The translations under genes were made by a program, and so were the position numbers. A model generated the notes under the pieces. That model saw nothing but the letters and a program-made list of their open reading frames with translations, did not search any database and was not told the DNA's origin. Of a DNA stretch of 64,000 nt, positions 1 through 14,000 are shown in pieces. Position 1 is the first letter of the stretch; every line of letters begins with the position of its first letter. The DNA is from Eledone cirrhosa (taxonomy: Eukaryota): NCBI GenBank assembly GCA_964016885.1, contig OZ024740.1:110112001-110176000 (forward strand), in the 5' to 3' direction.

Positions 1-92
1 TGTTTCTGTTTTCTTCTCTTCATAATTCTTCATGAAATCACGGATAGAACCATTTCTCCAGCCGCCGTTAATTGGTATGGTTTTTGGACCTC
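1..92 (-). CDS. SelJ/J1-crystallin family gene, coding exon 4 (runs to the window edge)
   Basis: Acceptor ttcattag|GA, phase 1, in frame with exon 3. Translates (G)GPKTIPINGGWRNGSIRDFMKNYEEKKTET, matching the PIxGxWRxxSxxxFxKN segment recalled for SelJ/J1-crystallins. Absent from the ORF track. Confidence 0.88.
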
Positions 93-1004
93 CTAATGAA
101 ACAACAACATGAACTTAATACTTTGTCAAACACAAAATTCTTGAAATTTTGTACTTCCTCAGCACCATCATTGTTATGTTCCATACTTGTAGAGGAAGGA
201 CAAGTCATGTCCAGCATAGCTTTTCACAACTTGTTGCATTTCTTTATCATCTGGGGAGTTCAGTGTCCTGAGATCATCTCTCTCCACTTCTGTCTAGATT
301 TTACTTGGTCTTCTTTTTCTGCATCCCTCTTCCATCCGAAACTCCTGGCACTTCATTGATCATATCCCATGTATGTATCAGTACAATCTCTTTCACACTA
401 CATCTAATTCCCCTTGTGTGCATTTTCTTTTCACTTCACTTGTGCTTTTTCATACATGCACATATTTAAAAGGAAATTTTTATTTTGTCGGAATCACCTC
501 ATGTTGATTATGCCTTGAATTCATTTCACATAAAAGCTATAGAGGTGAAAATACAGAGATACAAATATATTTAGGGGTTGCACTGTTTGGTGCTTTTTGA
601 ATGCTCTGCCAAAATTATGCAAAAAGCTTACTTTAACATTTTTTGATTGTAGATGGGTTGCATTTTTTGTCACTTATTGTCTGTATACATGCAGGAGACG
701 TTTCTACTATTTATAGAATCCCAAACAGAAAAGAAATGAAACATAAACTTAAACTATGTAGAAGTAATTTTACATCTGTGAGTTGATAATTCAACATCTT
801 GAGGAAATTTTTGACATTGCAAGCCAGAACGTTCTTGAACAAAAGGATGTCCCATCTGAAGACAAAGCTTTCCTTGAGACACAGTGAGAAGATCAGATGT
901 CTTCATCTGGTGTTGATGCAGAACATGTGAGAGCTATTCAGAAGAAGGAAAAGAAGATACATGATATAAAAGTAAGAAAGAGAAAGCAGGATGAAGAAGT
1001 TGCT

Positions 1005-1056
1005 GTCTAACCCATGCTAGCGTGGAAGATGGGCATTAAACGATGATGATGATGAA
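1005..1056 (+). mobile_element. 3' tail fragment of a SINE or RTE LINE
   Basis: aacccatgctagcgtggaa...aaac(gat)n matches the RTE 3' end at 52260-52323 and the SINE tail at 7565-7625. Confidence 0.6.
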
Positions 1057-3424
1057 ATCTTCAAGTCAGTACCGTCCCGAAAATCCCTGTGATTAAAACT
1101 GACTCAACGCTACTCTTGTTGCCACATAGGAACAGGAGAAACTATTGGTATGACACACCTGATGACAGATCCTGGCTAGTCCTCCACAGGGATAAAGAAT
1201 TATTACCATCAATTTCCTAATCCAACACACTGAGTGACTTTGTTAAAAGGAAAACAAATTTTTCTATCTGTTCAATATCTTCCCAAACAATTTGGATTTT
1301 TGCATTGATGATATCAAAGTATCTGTTGAACGAGATATTTGTCTTATAAAGAAGTTTGATGTTCTACAAAGGATGTAAATCAGAAACAGTTCCTCCTAAA
1401 AATAGTTGTGGAGCAAAGGAAACAAAGAGGACAAAGAGGGCTTTTATAAATTTCATTCACAAAAAAGTGTTTCTGTCTTTAAACCCAATATTATTGCATT
1501 TAGAACATATTGGTTCTGTTTATTTTCATTTCATTTGTCTGCTTATTATCCTTTCAATAAATCCTCCAGAGGACAAAGGGAGCCGTTCCTGGTAATAAAT
1601 TTCATTCATAAATAGTTTTCTCTACTTAACCCCATTATTATTGTATATTTAGAATATATACCTCCTGCTTATTTTCATTTCATTTCGTACTGTGGTGTGG
1701 TTTCCCCATGGGATTCAGTAAAGTGATCAGAAAGGATAATATACCACAGGCCAGGTCCCCAAAATAAACATCATAAGTAAAAAGATGTGAAAGTGTGCAA
1801 CTTCTAAATATTATTCGATTGGCCTATAATTCAGCATACTTTGTTATTTTGACTCAAACACGGGTGTAATCGACATGAGATGATAAGTAATAGTTTGCAA
1901 AATGAAACACTCTAATGCACACTAACACTATATGTCCAGTGAAGAATGCTAGCCTCATTTCTCTCTAGCTTTTGCACATCCTCTATGTTCAATGACCATT
2001 CCTTACTACCATGAAACATTGCACTTCATACACAGGCATCATATAATGTATTCTATGCTCTGAGAAAGAAGCCCTTTGTTGCAAGCAGGTAGTAACACAC
2101 TTAACTTTTTCCACCCAGATTTTATTGTGGCTCCTATGCTTTCAGAACACCCTCATTCACTGCTAATTAGGTTGCCTATCAAATTCTATATTAAATGTGT
2201 AAAAGAATGATTGTTTTACTGTTCAGTGAAGGCCTCTGAGACTGTTATAACGGAGGTAGGGAAGAAGGTATCCACAAACCATAAGCATGCAGAGAGTGGG
2301 CACTGCTAAAAGTAATCATGGGCTAGGTAGGTGATGATGTAAAATCAGGCGATAGATTAAATTTACCATCTAAGTATATAATAATAATGATGAAATTATT
2401 GTGTAAAATGCTCAGGTGCACTACAAAAATAATGGCAGTATTTCAACTCAGAACACAAAGAGCTGGAACAAATACTGCAAAGCAACTTGGCTCATGTTTT
2501 AACACTACACTGCACTAAATTGGTACTTTCTTTGTCCTTCTGAAGGATGAAAGGCAACATTGACCTTGGTGGGATGTGAACACATATCTCAGAGAACTCA
2601 AACAAACACTACAAGGCATCTTGTTTTGCACTCTAGCAATGATTGTATTTATTTGCATATTTTGTGGGGACAACACTGTAGATGTTGTAAGATTTGTACT
2701 AATAACCATTTGGCCTGTCGTTCAGTCCTCCATATTCTAGTTAGCAAAGAATACATCACAGTTCAGCCTGTAAGGTAGTAGTGTTGGTGCCATGACAAAA
2801 AAAGCACCCAATCGATCTTGTAAGGTAGTACTGCAGGTGCTACAAGAAATTCCCCAAAATAAACGTTTGATATAACATAAATTGTACAGAATTTTACCAA
2901 GTGCCAGACATTGATGGACTGATTTCTTTTTGAGCAGGTCGCCATTCAGACTTGTTTTCCTCTGCCAAACCAGGACTAGGGTATCATGCCTGAGGAAGAA
3001 GTCCTGTGGGTTGGATTCGCTGATGCACCAGCTATCGCTGGCTGCTCACTGTCACAATGCTTTCATCATCTTGCCCGTGGAGCGAAGTTGAGATATACTA
3101 TCCAGCCATAGGTTTAGAACTTGCTCATTCCCCATTTCTCTCTCCAACTTTTTGTTAGTATATCCAAAATTAAAAATATCTACACAAAAGTACAGAGTTA
3201 TGTTTCTTGGCATTCACGAGTTATTCCCCTTAATTTATCTCAGTTACGTCCCTTATTTTTCTATTACTGAAATTCTAAAAACAATTGAGACTAACACAAA
3301 TTTTGTTCACTTGTTTATCGAACCTATCGAGTAAATGATCCTTTTTTCGTTTATTAATCGTAGAAGAGAGGCAGAGGAGTCTGTGTATTGTTATATTGTT
3401 TGTTAATGAGAGAGAGAGTACCAG

Positions 3425-3565
3425 GAAACGACCCAAATCGGTACTGTATTCACTGACCTTGAAGAGATGAAAAACAAATATAGCCTTGGTGGGATTTGAA
3501 TTCAGAGTACAGAGAAGTGGATCAAATAAACAAATACCGCTAGCCCTTCTATCTGATGCTCTAGC
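3425..3565 (-). mobile_element. Degenerate SINE (family shared with 32808-32990)
   Basis: Reverse-complement similarity to the tgagttcaaatccc...tttcatc...gtaccag core. Confidence 0.55.
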
Positions 3566-4118
3566 GACTGCTAGTTTATTGCCTTGTTTACATGGTGCTT
3601 ACTATCAACTTCATTACCAAGACAAATCTGGGTATATACATATAGTACTGTGTATGTGTATGTGTGTGCATCCAATAGCATCTTTAAACCTACCGTTTTT
3701 TTAGATTTCCTAACTCCCTTTTCTCAGTGTGGTTAACTTTGCCTTTTATTCTTTCAGGTGACAAGATGCCTTAAGACAATTGTTCTGGGATCTTGGTGTT
3801 CTGAGATTAAATCATGCTATGGCCTACAGGGGTGGTAGACTTAGTCCATCATTATTACAAAGCCCCTGAGTGTCTTTATAACAAGGTCCACTCTGTTGGA
3901 AGAATTTAGGCCATCTCTAGTTTAAGGATATACTTTCTTCCTCCCACCCTCTCTCTTACCTTCTTGAAACCCCTGAAAAACGCTCATGGGCACTGCCCTT
4001 TCCTCATAGACCCAGCTATCAAATACAGTAAAATGAAACGGAAAAATAGATAATAAATGAAAAGATGAGCAATAAAAGAAAAATTCATAAGATTGATGAA
4101 ATAATGGAAAATGCTCAC

Positions 4119-4199
4119 CTGACCATATTGGATTCTCATAGTCAGTACCAGGACCAAAATATTCATATAGAGATTTCTTCAGGTGATCCAAATTAATAC
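4119..4199 (-). CDS. SelJ/J1-crystallin family gene, coding exon 3
   Basis: 81 nt, ttattag|GT...TCAG|gtgagc, phase 1/1. Translates (G)INLDHLKKSLYEYFGPGTDYENPIWS, containing the family FGPGxxY motif. Confidence 0.9.
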
Positions 4200-5171
4200 C
4201 TAATAATAAAGAAAAAGAAGAGAGAAAAAAAGGAATAACAACACAGATCATATACCATATTTTCTCATGTATAATATGTGAAATTTTGAATTAAATTTTC
4301 GGATAAAAAATAAAGGAAGAGTTATTACACACGAGTACACATTTTCAGAAAATACTTGTAGAGCTACAAGTCATAAAAACGTCAAAGGAAACCTGATATG
4401 AAATTAGCACTATCAGTATGCCAAAAATCAAAATATCAGAAACTTCATTTGGACAAGGAGGTAATGAATTTTCATAGATATATAATTTTTTTTCTTTTAT
4501 TACAAAAGACAACATTGTTGAAATATACAAAATTCTTTTTCTTCGTCTACTTATTTCTGAGAGGATCATGGGGACAGTCTTCAGAGATACCTTCTAGAGG
4601 GTCTTATTGGAAGCAACCATCTTCAAATGATGTGGCTGGATTCCCAAATGAGACCAACCAAAGTTAAGGATATTATCCAAACATCTAGCTCATGGTCTAC
4701 TTTGGGGTTTTTTGCTGGTTGGCTTTGCCTGCAAAATCTGTTCAATTATTCTTTAGATATTCTAACCACATAGAATATATATATATTTTTTTAAAGCTTT
4801 TTAATATATACAACAATAATTGTTTCTACTTTAGGCACACAAAAATAATAAAGTCATCAAAATGAAAAGTATATCAAAATGAAAAGTATATTAGCTTGAT
4901 TAACACATCATTATCATAATTTAACATCTGTTTTCCCTGTTAGCAATGGTTGGATGGTTTGTCACAGACTAAGTCACTCTTTAATCGTTCTTAATCGAAG
5001 TCATTGATCTTTCAGTTGGGCCAGGGGCTGCATCTTGCTTACATATGTTCCTGCACACTATAGAGTGCATTGTGCATTTATCATGGCACCAGCACTAAGA
5101 AAGGCAATGGAATAGTTATCTTCCTTGGGATGCAACACCCCTCCCACCCATACACACGCAACCATGCCAAC

Positions 5172-5615
5172 AACTATATACACTCATATATAAGCTGAGA
5201 AATATGTGACAAAAAAATTGATCGTAAAATGGAGGTCAGCTTATAAGTCAATATTCTGCCAATTTTCACTAACTTAAACATTTTACATAACTGAGGTGTT
5301 AAAATATTTTCACTTTGGAGGTGAATATTACACTAGTTTCACTTTCGATGTAAAATTTATATTTCCTATTGTTTTTTATATGTTTTGAATGAATATGGCT
5401 GTCAAAATGATCAGAAATAGGTAAAAAAATCATTACATAATGGAGTTGTGGAACAGAAACTATACTCTAAACAACACATCAACAATTCATGAGAATTTCA
5501 AAATCGCACCATCTAAATATAATGTTTACCTGAGTCAGCTTATAAAGAGAGTTTGGATTTTGCCTATTTCTCAGACATAAAGTACGGGGTCCACTTATAT
5601 TCGAGTATCAACAGT
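5172..5615. mobile_element. Decayed pogo/Tigger-like MITE
   Basis: Imperfect terminal inverted repeats (tatacactcatatataag / cttatattcgagtatc) and internally repeated gtcagcttata motifs. Confidence 0.4.
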
Positions 5616-6397
5616 TTATAGTTGGAGAAAATTATTGAATCTAGAAACTGTTGGTGCTATGTTTAAAAGCTCCACCATAGTCAAAGCAAAGATATTCTAA
5701 GTGACTTTCATGTATAAATATGTATAATCAAAGCAAGGTGAAGGTCATAGCCAAGAGAATTATGAAGTGAACCTCTTAACCACATAACCCTGCATACTCA
5801 TAATGCAACATCCTTATAAGTGACAAAATTGTGTATGAGTATCTTGAGATATTCCAACATCTAGCATAAATTCACTACTGTTCCCCATTCACTACATAAC
5901 ATCCATGTCATATGTCGACATCACTGTCATATTCATAGATCAGCTATTGTGTTTTTTTTCATTCACTTCATTTTGTTGTTGTTCCAAAGTTAACAAAATA
6001 ACCAGTTCATTCATTTTCACTACATATCCTCTACATTCCTCTCCAATCACTACACATCTCTATATTCTACTCCAAGCACTACATTCCTTTGCAATTACTA
6101 CATATCCTCTAAGTTCCTTCTCAAATAACCAAATATCTTTTCTAAACACTACATACATCATCAATCCCTACATAACCTTTACATATCTACTCATTAACTA
6201 TATCCTCTACAATACTCATATTCACTAGAGACCCTTCACAACCACTCAGTTTAATGTCACCAGTAGCAAGCCCTTAGACCAGGTCTGTTATGATGTTACC
6301 TTCCTCAACTCTTCCTACCAGTCTTGAGGTGTGAAAAGGGTCATTGGCACTGTCTTTCTCTCCCTGATTGAACAGTTTGAAATAAAATGCATGTGTA

Positions 6398-6600
6398 GTG
6401 ACCTACATTCCGCGGGCTCACATACATTCTCTGTGCGTGATTTGGCTCAGCTCAGCCAATCAGCGCCCTGAGGGAGAAATTCATCGCGAAGATTTGAAGA
6501 ATCTCTCTCTCGCACCAGGAACTTCGAACCAGCAACACGTACAACATGTGACGGTGAGATTTTGCACTTTGGCCTGCTGGCTTTCCAGCACAATGGCACA
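6398..6600 (-). mobile_element. Probable tRNA-derived SINE
   Basis: GC-richer island with a B-box-like GGTTCGAAGTTCC on the minus strand. Confidence 0.35.
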
Positions 6601-6816
6601 TTCCCTTTTGTAACCTCATTTTATGTGTAACTTCAACCATACAAGTTAACAAACATTATTTGTGCTACAACAAAAATAAACATACATTTCATCTCTAATT
6701 TCTGCTGTTGACATCATTATTATGTTACTCGTATCTCAATAACATTTATATACTATGCTGCTAAACATGCAAGTAAAACACTTTTTTTTTTAATTACAAT
6801 TATCCAACAAACTAAC

Positions 6817-6993
6817 CTGAATTTTCCACAAGGGATTTCAAAACCACAAAATTCTGGTCACCATAACAGGTTTGTTTGCCAGTCTTTTGAACATAAAATG
6901 GATTCTGTGATGGTTCCCAGAACTCCCAATCCTTCTTAGTACTAAGCAAAGCAGTGAACTTTTCTCTGTTGTAATTCCAATGAATTGGTTGAA
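6817..6993 (-). CDS. SelJ/J1-crystallin family gene, coding exon 2
   Basis: 177 nt, ttttatag|TT...TCAG|gttagt, phase 1/1. Translates (V)QPIHWNYNREKFTALLSTKKDWEFWEPSQNPFYVQKTGKQTCYGDQNFVVLKSLVENS. The QPxHWxY, SxNPFY and GxQxCYGDQ motifs are typical of SelJ/J1-crystallin. Confidence 0.92.
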
Positions 6994-7206
6994 CTATAAA
7001 AGATAGAAAAATAATAATAAATAGAATTTTATATGAAAAAAGCTTATACACTTATAAAGTTTATATGAAGCATTGTGAAATATGTGGTTAGGATTGTTTT
7101 GGGGGAGCTGGTACAATGTAAGTTAGAAATACAAGAATGACAACTAGAGTAAAGTAAAAAAAACCAACAACAACAACAGTTTACATTTTTACAGTTTATT
7201 GTTCTA

Positions 7207-7625
7207 GAGGCACAAGCATGGATGTGTGGTTAAGATGTTTGCTTCATAATTATGTGCCTTCAGGTTGGATCCTACAACATGGCACCTTGGTGAAATATTT
7301 TCTAATAAAGCCTAAAGTTAAGTAATGCTTTGTGGGTGAAACTGCCTGGAAGCCCCTGGTATGTGTGTCTGTGTGTGTTTGTCTCTGCATATTTCCTTAT
7401 TTTGATATGTTTTAGTGTCGGCTGGTGATTTTTGTTCATGTCCTGCAACTCAGTAGTTTGATGGGTGAAGATCAGAAGAATAAGTATAATACTTAAAAAT
7501 AGGTAAGGGTTGGTATTAGGAAGGACATGAGGCTGTCGAATATTGCCTCAAAAATGTCTTAGTCAATCCATGCTAGCATGGAAAAGCTGAGGGAGAAAGG
7601 ATAACAATGATAATAATGATGATTT
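7207..7625 (+). mobile_element. tRNA-derived SINE with RTE-like 3' tail
   Basis: Degenerate A/B-box head (tggatgtgtggttaag...ggttggatcc). The 3' part ggttggtattaggaagg...ccatgctagcatggaa...(gat)n is shared with the RTE 3' UTR at 52160-52323. Confidence 0.65.
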
Positions 7626-7800
7626 GTTGTTGTTTGATCAAAGGTTCAAATACCATGGACTTAGAGGTTATTTAATGTGTTGAATGTGTGTAAATAAATA
7701 GTTGAAGGTTAACAATTAGAAAGCAACAGAGAGGGGTTTGAAAGAATAAAAGAATCTAATAAACTGTTAAATTAGAAGTCTACAGTGGGAGTAATATTAA

Positions 7801-8021
7801 CCCTTAAACATTTACATTATTCTATATTTACTATTGTATTTTCACAGGAAAAGCTTTATCTCACATAATTATCTCATATAATATCAAATCGATAAGATTT
7901 TGATATTTTTTATTTTGAGAATAATACCTTAACGTCAGTATGAGTGGCTGGTTATGACTGATTTGAGCAGAAAGGGGTGAGAGAATTCTGGCTGGATATG
8001 GCCAGTTTAAATGTTAAAGGG
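7801..8021. mobile_element. piggyBac-like MITE (intact copy)
   Basis: TTAA on both sides (7797-7800 and 8022-8025), TIRs cccttaaacattta / taaatgttaaaggg. A second, interrupted copy lies at 27329-31731. Confidence 0.8.
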
Positions 8022-8035
8022 TTAAAGCAGAGGAC

Positions 8036-11000
8036 AGTGGGTAGTTGCTATTATTTAGTCCCAGGTAAGCTTTGAAGGAGCACATCTGCCATTCCAGCCA
8101 TAACAATCTACAAGTAGTGGAGGTTGTTGCTGTTGTTTAGTCCCAGATAAGCCCTGAAGGAGCACATCATTCCACTCCTAACAATCTACAAGTAGTGGAG
8201 GTTGTTGCTGTTGTTTAGTCCCAGGTAAGCCCTGAAGGAGCACATCATTCCACTCCTAACAATCTACAAGGAGTGGAGGTTGTTGCTGTTGTTTAGTCCC
8301 AGGTAAGCCCTGAAGGAGCACATCATTCCACTCCTAACAATCTACAAGGAGTGGAGGGTGTTGCTGTTGTTTAGTCCCAGGTAAGCCCTGAAGGAGCACA
8401 TCATTCCACTCCTAACAATCTACAAGGAGTGGAGGTTGTTGTTGTTGTTTAGTCCCAGGTAAGCCCTGAAGGAGCACATCATTCCACTCCTAACAATCTA
8501 CAAGGAGTGGAGGTTGTTGTTGTTGTTTAGTCCCAGGTAAGCCCTGAAGGAGCACATCATCCCACTCCTAACAATCTACAAGGAGTGGAGGGTGTTGTTG
8601 TTGTTTAGTCCCAGGTAAGCCCTGAAGGAGCACATCATCCCACTCCTAACAATCTACAAGGAGTGGAGGGTGTTGTTGTTGTTTAGTCCCAGGTAAGCCC
8701 TGAAGGAGCACATCATTCCACTCCTAACAATCTACAAGGAGTGGAGGGTGTTGTTGTTGTTTAGTCCCAGGTAAGCCCTGAAGGAGCACATCATTCCACT
8801 CCTAACAATCTACAAGTAGTGGAGGTTGTTGTTGTTGTTTAGTCCCAGGTAAGCCCTGAAGGAGCACATCATTCCACTCCTAACAATCTACAAGTAGTGG
8901 AGGTTGTTGTTGTTGTTTAGTCCCAGGTAAGCCCTGAAGGAGCACATCATTCCACTCCTAACAATCTACAAGGAGTGGAGGTTGTTGCTGTTGTTTAGTC
9001 CCAGGTAAGCCCTGAAGGAGCACATCATTCCACTCCTAACAATCTACAAGGAGTGGAGGTTGTTGCTGTTGTTTAGTCCCAGGTAAGCCCTGAAGGAGCA
9101 CATCATTCCACTCCTAACAATCTACAAGTAGTGGAGGTTGTTGTTGTTGTTTAGTCCCAGGTAAGCTCTGAAGGAGCACATCATTCCACTCCTAACAATC
9201 TACAAGGAGTGGAGGGTGTTGCTGTTGTTTAGTCCCAGGTAAGCCCTGAAGGAGCACATCATTCCACTCCTAACAATCTACAAGGAGTGGAGATTGTTGC
9301 TGTTGTTTAGTCCCAGGTAAGCCCTGAAGGAGCACATCATCCCACTCCTAACAATCTACAAGGAGTGGAGGGTGTTGTTGTTGTTTAGTCCCAGGTAAGC
9401 CCTGAAGGAGCACATCATTCCACTCCTAACAATCTACAAGTAGTGGAGGTTGTTGTTGTTGTTTAGTCCCAGGTAAGCTCTGAAGGAGCACATCATTCCA
9501 CTCCTAACAATCTACAAGGAGTGGAGGTTGTTGCTGTTGTTTAGTCCCAGGTAAGCCCTGAAGGAGCACATCATTCCACTCCTAACAATCTACAAGGAGT
9601 GGAGGGTGTTGTTGTTGTTTAGTCCCAGGTAAGCCCTGAAGGAGCACATCATTCCACTCCTAACAATCTACAAGGAGTGGAGGTTGTTGTTGTTGTTTAG
9701 TCCCAGGTAAGCTCTGAAGGAGCACATCATTCCACTCCTAACAATCTACAAGGAGTGGAGGTTGTTGTTGTTTAGTCCCAGGTAAGCCCTGAAGGAGCAC
9801 ATCATCCCACTCCTAACAATCTACAAGGAGTGGAGGGTGTTGCTGTTGTTTAGTCCCAGGTAAGCCCTGAAGGAGCACATCATTCCACTCCTAACAATCT
9901 ACAAGGAGTGGAGGGTGTTGCTGTTGTTTAGTCCCAGGTAAGCCCTGAAGGAGCACATCATTCCACTCCTAACAATCTACAAGGAGTGGAGGGTGTTGTT
10001 GTTGTTTAGTCCCAGGTAAGCTCTGAAGGAGCACATCATTCCACTCCTAACAATCTACAAGGAGTGGAGGGTGTTGTTGTTGTTTAGTCCCAGGTAAGCC
10101 CTGAAGGAGCACATCATTCCACTCCTAACAATCTACAAGGAGTGGAGGTTGTTGTTGTTTAGTCCCAGGTAAGCCCTGAAGGAGCACATCATTCCACTCC
10201 TAACAATCTACAAGGAGTGGAGGTTGTTGTTGTTTAGTCCCAGGTAAGCTCTGAAGGAGCACATCATTCCACTCCTAACAATCTACAAGGAGTGGAGGTT
10301 GTTGTTGTTTAGTCCCAGGTAAGCCCTGAAGGAGCACATCATCCCACTCCTAACAATCTACAAGGAGTGGAGGGTGTTGTTGTTGTTTAGTCCCAGGTAA
10401 GCCCTGAAGGAGCACATCATCCCACTCCTAACAATCTACAAGGAGTGGAGGGTGTTGTTGTTGTTTAGTCCCAGGTAAGCCCTGAAGGAGCACATCATTC
10501 CACTCCTAACAATCTACAAGGAGTGGAGGTTGTTGTTGTTTAGTCCCAGGTAAGCCCTGAAGGAGCACATCATTCCACTCCTAACAATCTACAAGGAGTG
10601 GAGGGTGTTGCTGTTGTTTAGTCCCAGGTAAGCCCTGAAGGAGCAATTCATTCCACTCCTAACAATCTACAAGGAGTGGAGGTTGTTGTTGTTTAGTCCC
10701 AGGTAAGCCCTGAAGGAGCACATCATCCCACTCCTAACAATCTACAAGGAGTGGAGGGTGTTGCTGTTGTTTAGTCCCAGGTAAGCCCTGAAGGAGCAAT
10801 TCATTCCACTCCTAACAATCTACAAGGAGTGGAGGTTGTTGTTGTTTAGTCCCAGGTAAGCCCTGAAGGAGCACATCATTCCACTCCTAACAATCTACAA
10901 GGAGTGGAGGTTGTTGTTGTTTAGTCCCAGGTAAGCCCTGAAGGAGCACATCATTCCACTCCTAACAATCTACAAGGAGTGGAGGTTGTTGCTGTTGTTT

Positions 11001-14000
11001 AGTCCCAGGTAAGCCCTGAAGGAGCACATCATTCCACTCCTAACAATCTACAAGGAGTGGAGGGTATTGCTGTTGTTTAGTCCCAGGTAAGCCCTGAAGG
11101 AGCAATTCATTCCACTCCTAACAATCTACAAGGAGTGGAGGGTGTTGTTGTTGTTTAGTCCCAGGTAAGCCCTGAAGGAGCACATCATTCCACTCCTAAC
11201 AATCTACAAGGAGTGGAGGGTGTTGCTGTTGTTTAGTCCCAGGTAAGCCCTGAAGGAGCACATCATTCCACTCCTAACAATCTACAAGGAGTGGAGGGTG
11301 TTGTTGTTGTTTAGTCCCAGGTAAGCCCTGAAGGAGCACATCATTCCACTCCTAACAATCTACAAGGAGTGGAGGTTGTTGCTGTTGTTTAGTCCCAGGT
11401 AAGCCCTGAAGGAGCACATCATTCCACTCCTAACAATCTACAAGGAGTGGAGGGTATTGCTGTTGTTTAGTCCCAGGTAAGCCCTGAAGGAGCAATTCAT
11501 TCCACTCCTAACAATCTACAAGGAGTGGAGGGTGTTGTTGTTGTTTAGTCCCAGGTAAGCCCTGAAGGAGCACATCATTCCACTCCTAACAATCTACAAG
11601 GAGTGGAGGGTGTTGCTGTTGTTTAGTCCCAGGTAAGCCCTGAAGGAGCACATCATTCCACTCCTAACAATCTACAAGGAGTGGAGGGTGTTGTTGTTGT
11701 TTAGTCCCAGGTAAGCCCTGAAGGAGCACATCATTCCACTCCTAACAATCTACAAGGAGTGGAGGGTGTTGCTGTTGTTTAGTCCCAGGTAAGCCCTGAA
11801 GGAGCACATCATTCCACTCCTAACAATCTACAAGGAGTGGAGGGTGTTGTTGTTGTTTAGTCCCAGGTAAGCCCTGAAGGAGCACATCATTCCACTCCTA
11901 ACAATCTACAAGGAGTGGAGGTTGTTGCTGTTGTTTAGTCCCAGGTAAGCTCTGAAGGAGCACATCATTCCACTCCTAACAATCTACAAGGAGTGGAGGT
12001 TGTTGTTGTTGTTTAGTCCCAGGTAAGCCCTGAAGAAGCACATCATCCCACTCCTAACAATCTACAGGGAGTGGAGGGTGTTGCTGTTGTTTAGTCCCAG
12101 GTAAGCCCTGAAGGAGCACATCATTCCACTCCTAACAATCTACAGGGAGTGGAGGGTGTTGCTGTTGTTTAGTCCCAGGTAAGCCCTGAAGGAGCACATC
12201 ATTCCACTCCTAACAATCTACAAGGAGTGGAGGGTGTTGTTGTTGTTTAGTCCCAGGTAAGCCCTGAAGGAGCACATCATTCCACTCCTAACAATCTACA
12301 AGGAGTGGAGGTTGTTGCTGTTGTTTAGTCCCAGGTAAGCCCTGAAGGAGCACATCATTCCACTCCTAACAATCTACAAGGAGTGGAGGTTGTTGCTGTT
12401 GTTTAGTCCCAGGTAAGCCCTGAAGGAGCACATCATTCCACTCCTAACAATCTACAAGGAGTGGAGGGTGTTGTTGTTGTTTAGTCCCAGGTAAGCCCTG
12501 AAAGAGCAATTCATTCCACTCCTAACAATCTACAAGGAGTGGAGGGTGTTGCTGTTGTTTAGTCCCAGGTAAGCCCTGAAGGAGCACATCATTCCACTCC
12601 TAACAATCTACAAGGAGTGGAGGGTGTTGTTGTTGTTTAGTCCCAGGTAAGCCCTGAAGGAGCACATCATTCCACTCCTAACAATCTACAAGGAGTGGAG
12701 GTTGTTGCTGTTGTTTAGTCCCAGGTAAGCCCTGAAGGAGCACATCATTCCACTCCTAACAATCTACAAGGAGTGGAGGGTGTTGTTGTTGTTTAGTCCC
12801 AGGTAAGCCCTGAAAGAGCAATTCATTCCACTCCTAACAATCTACAAGGAGTGGAGGGTGTTGCTGTTGTTTAGTCCCAGGTAAGCCCTGAAGGAGCACA
12901 TCATTCCACTCCTAACAATCTACAAGGAGTGGAGGGTGTTGTTGTTGTTTAGTCCCAGGTAAGCCCTGAAGGAGCACATCATTCCACTCCTAACAATCTA
13001 CAAGGAGTGGAGGTTGTTGCTGTTGTTTAGTCCCAGGTAAGCCCTGAAGGGGCACATCATTCCACTCCTAACAATCTACAAGGAGTGGAGGGTGTTGTTG
13101 TTGTTTAGTCCCAGGTAAGCCCTGAAGGAGCACATCATTCCACTCCTAACAATCTACAAGGAGTGGAGGTTGTTGCTGTTGTTTAGTCCCAGGTAAGCCC
13201 TGAAGGAGCACATCATTCCACTCCTAACAATCTACAAGGAGTGGAGGGTGTTGCTGTTGTTTAGTCCTAGGTAAGCCCTGAAGGAGCAATTCATTCCACT
13301 CCTAACAATCTACAAGGAGTGGAGGTTGTTGTTGTTGTTTAGTCCCAGGTAAGCCCTGAAGGAGCACATCATTCCACTCCTAACAATCTACAAGGAGTGG
13401 AGGTTGTTGCTGTTGTTTAGTCCCAGGTAAGCCCTGAAGGAGCACATCATTCCACTCCTAACAATCTACAAGGAGTGGAGGGTGTTGTTGTTGTTTAGTC
13501 CCAGGTAAGCCCTGAAGGAGCACATCATTCCACTCCTAACAATCTACAAGGAGTGGAGGGTGTTGTTGTTGTTTAGTCCCAGGTAAGCCCTGAAGGAGCA
13601 CATCATTCCACTCCTAACAATCTACGAGGAGTGGAGGGTGTTGTTGTTGTTTAGTCCCAGGTAAGCCCTGAAGGAGCACATCATTCCACTCCTAACAATC
13701 TACAAGGAGTGGAGGGTGTTGTTGTTGTTTAGTCCCAGGTAAGCCCTGAAGGAGCACATCATCCCACTCCTAACAATCTACAAGGAGTGGAAGTTGTTGT
13801 TGTTTAGTCCCAGGTAAGCCCTGAAGGAGCACATCATCCCACTCCTAACAATCTACAAGGAGTGGAGGTTGTTGTTGTTGTTTAGTCCCAGGTAAGCCCT
13901 GAAGGAGCACATCATCCCACTCCTAACAATCTACAAGGAGTGGAGGGTGCTGTTGTTGTTTAGTCCCAGGTAAGCCCTGAAGGAGCACATCATTCCACTC

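Noticed and set aside
700-3100. Additional exons of the host gene or another gene
   Set aside because: Exon 3 joins exon 4 in frame without them. The short ORFs have no recognisable motifs and are probably decayed transposon sequence.
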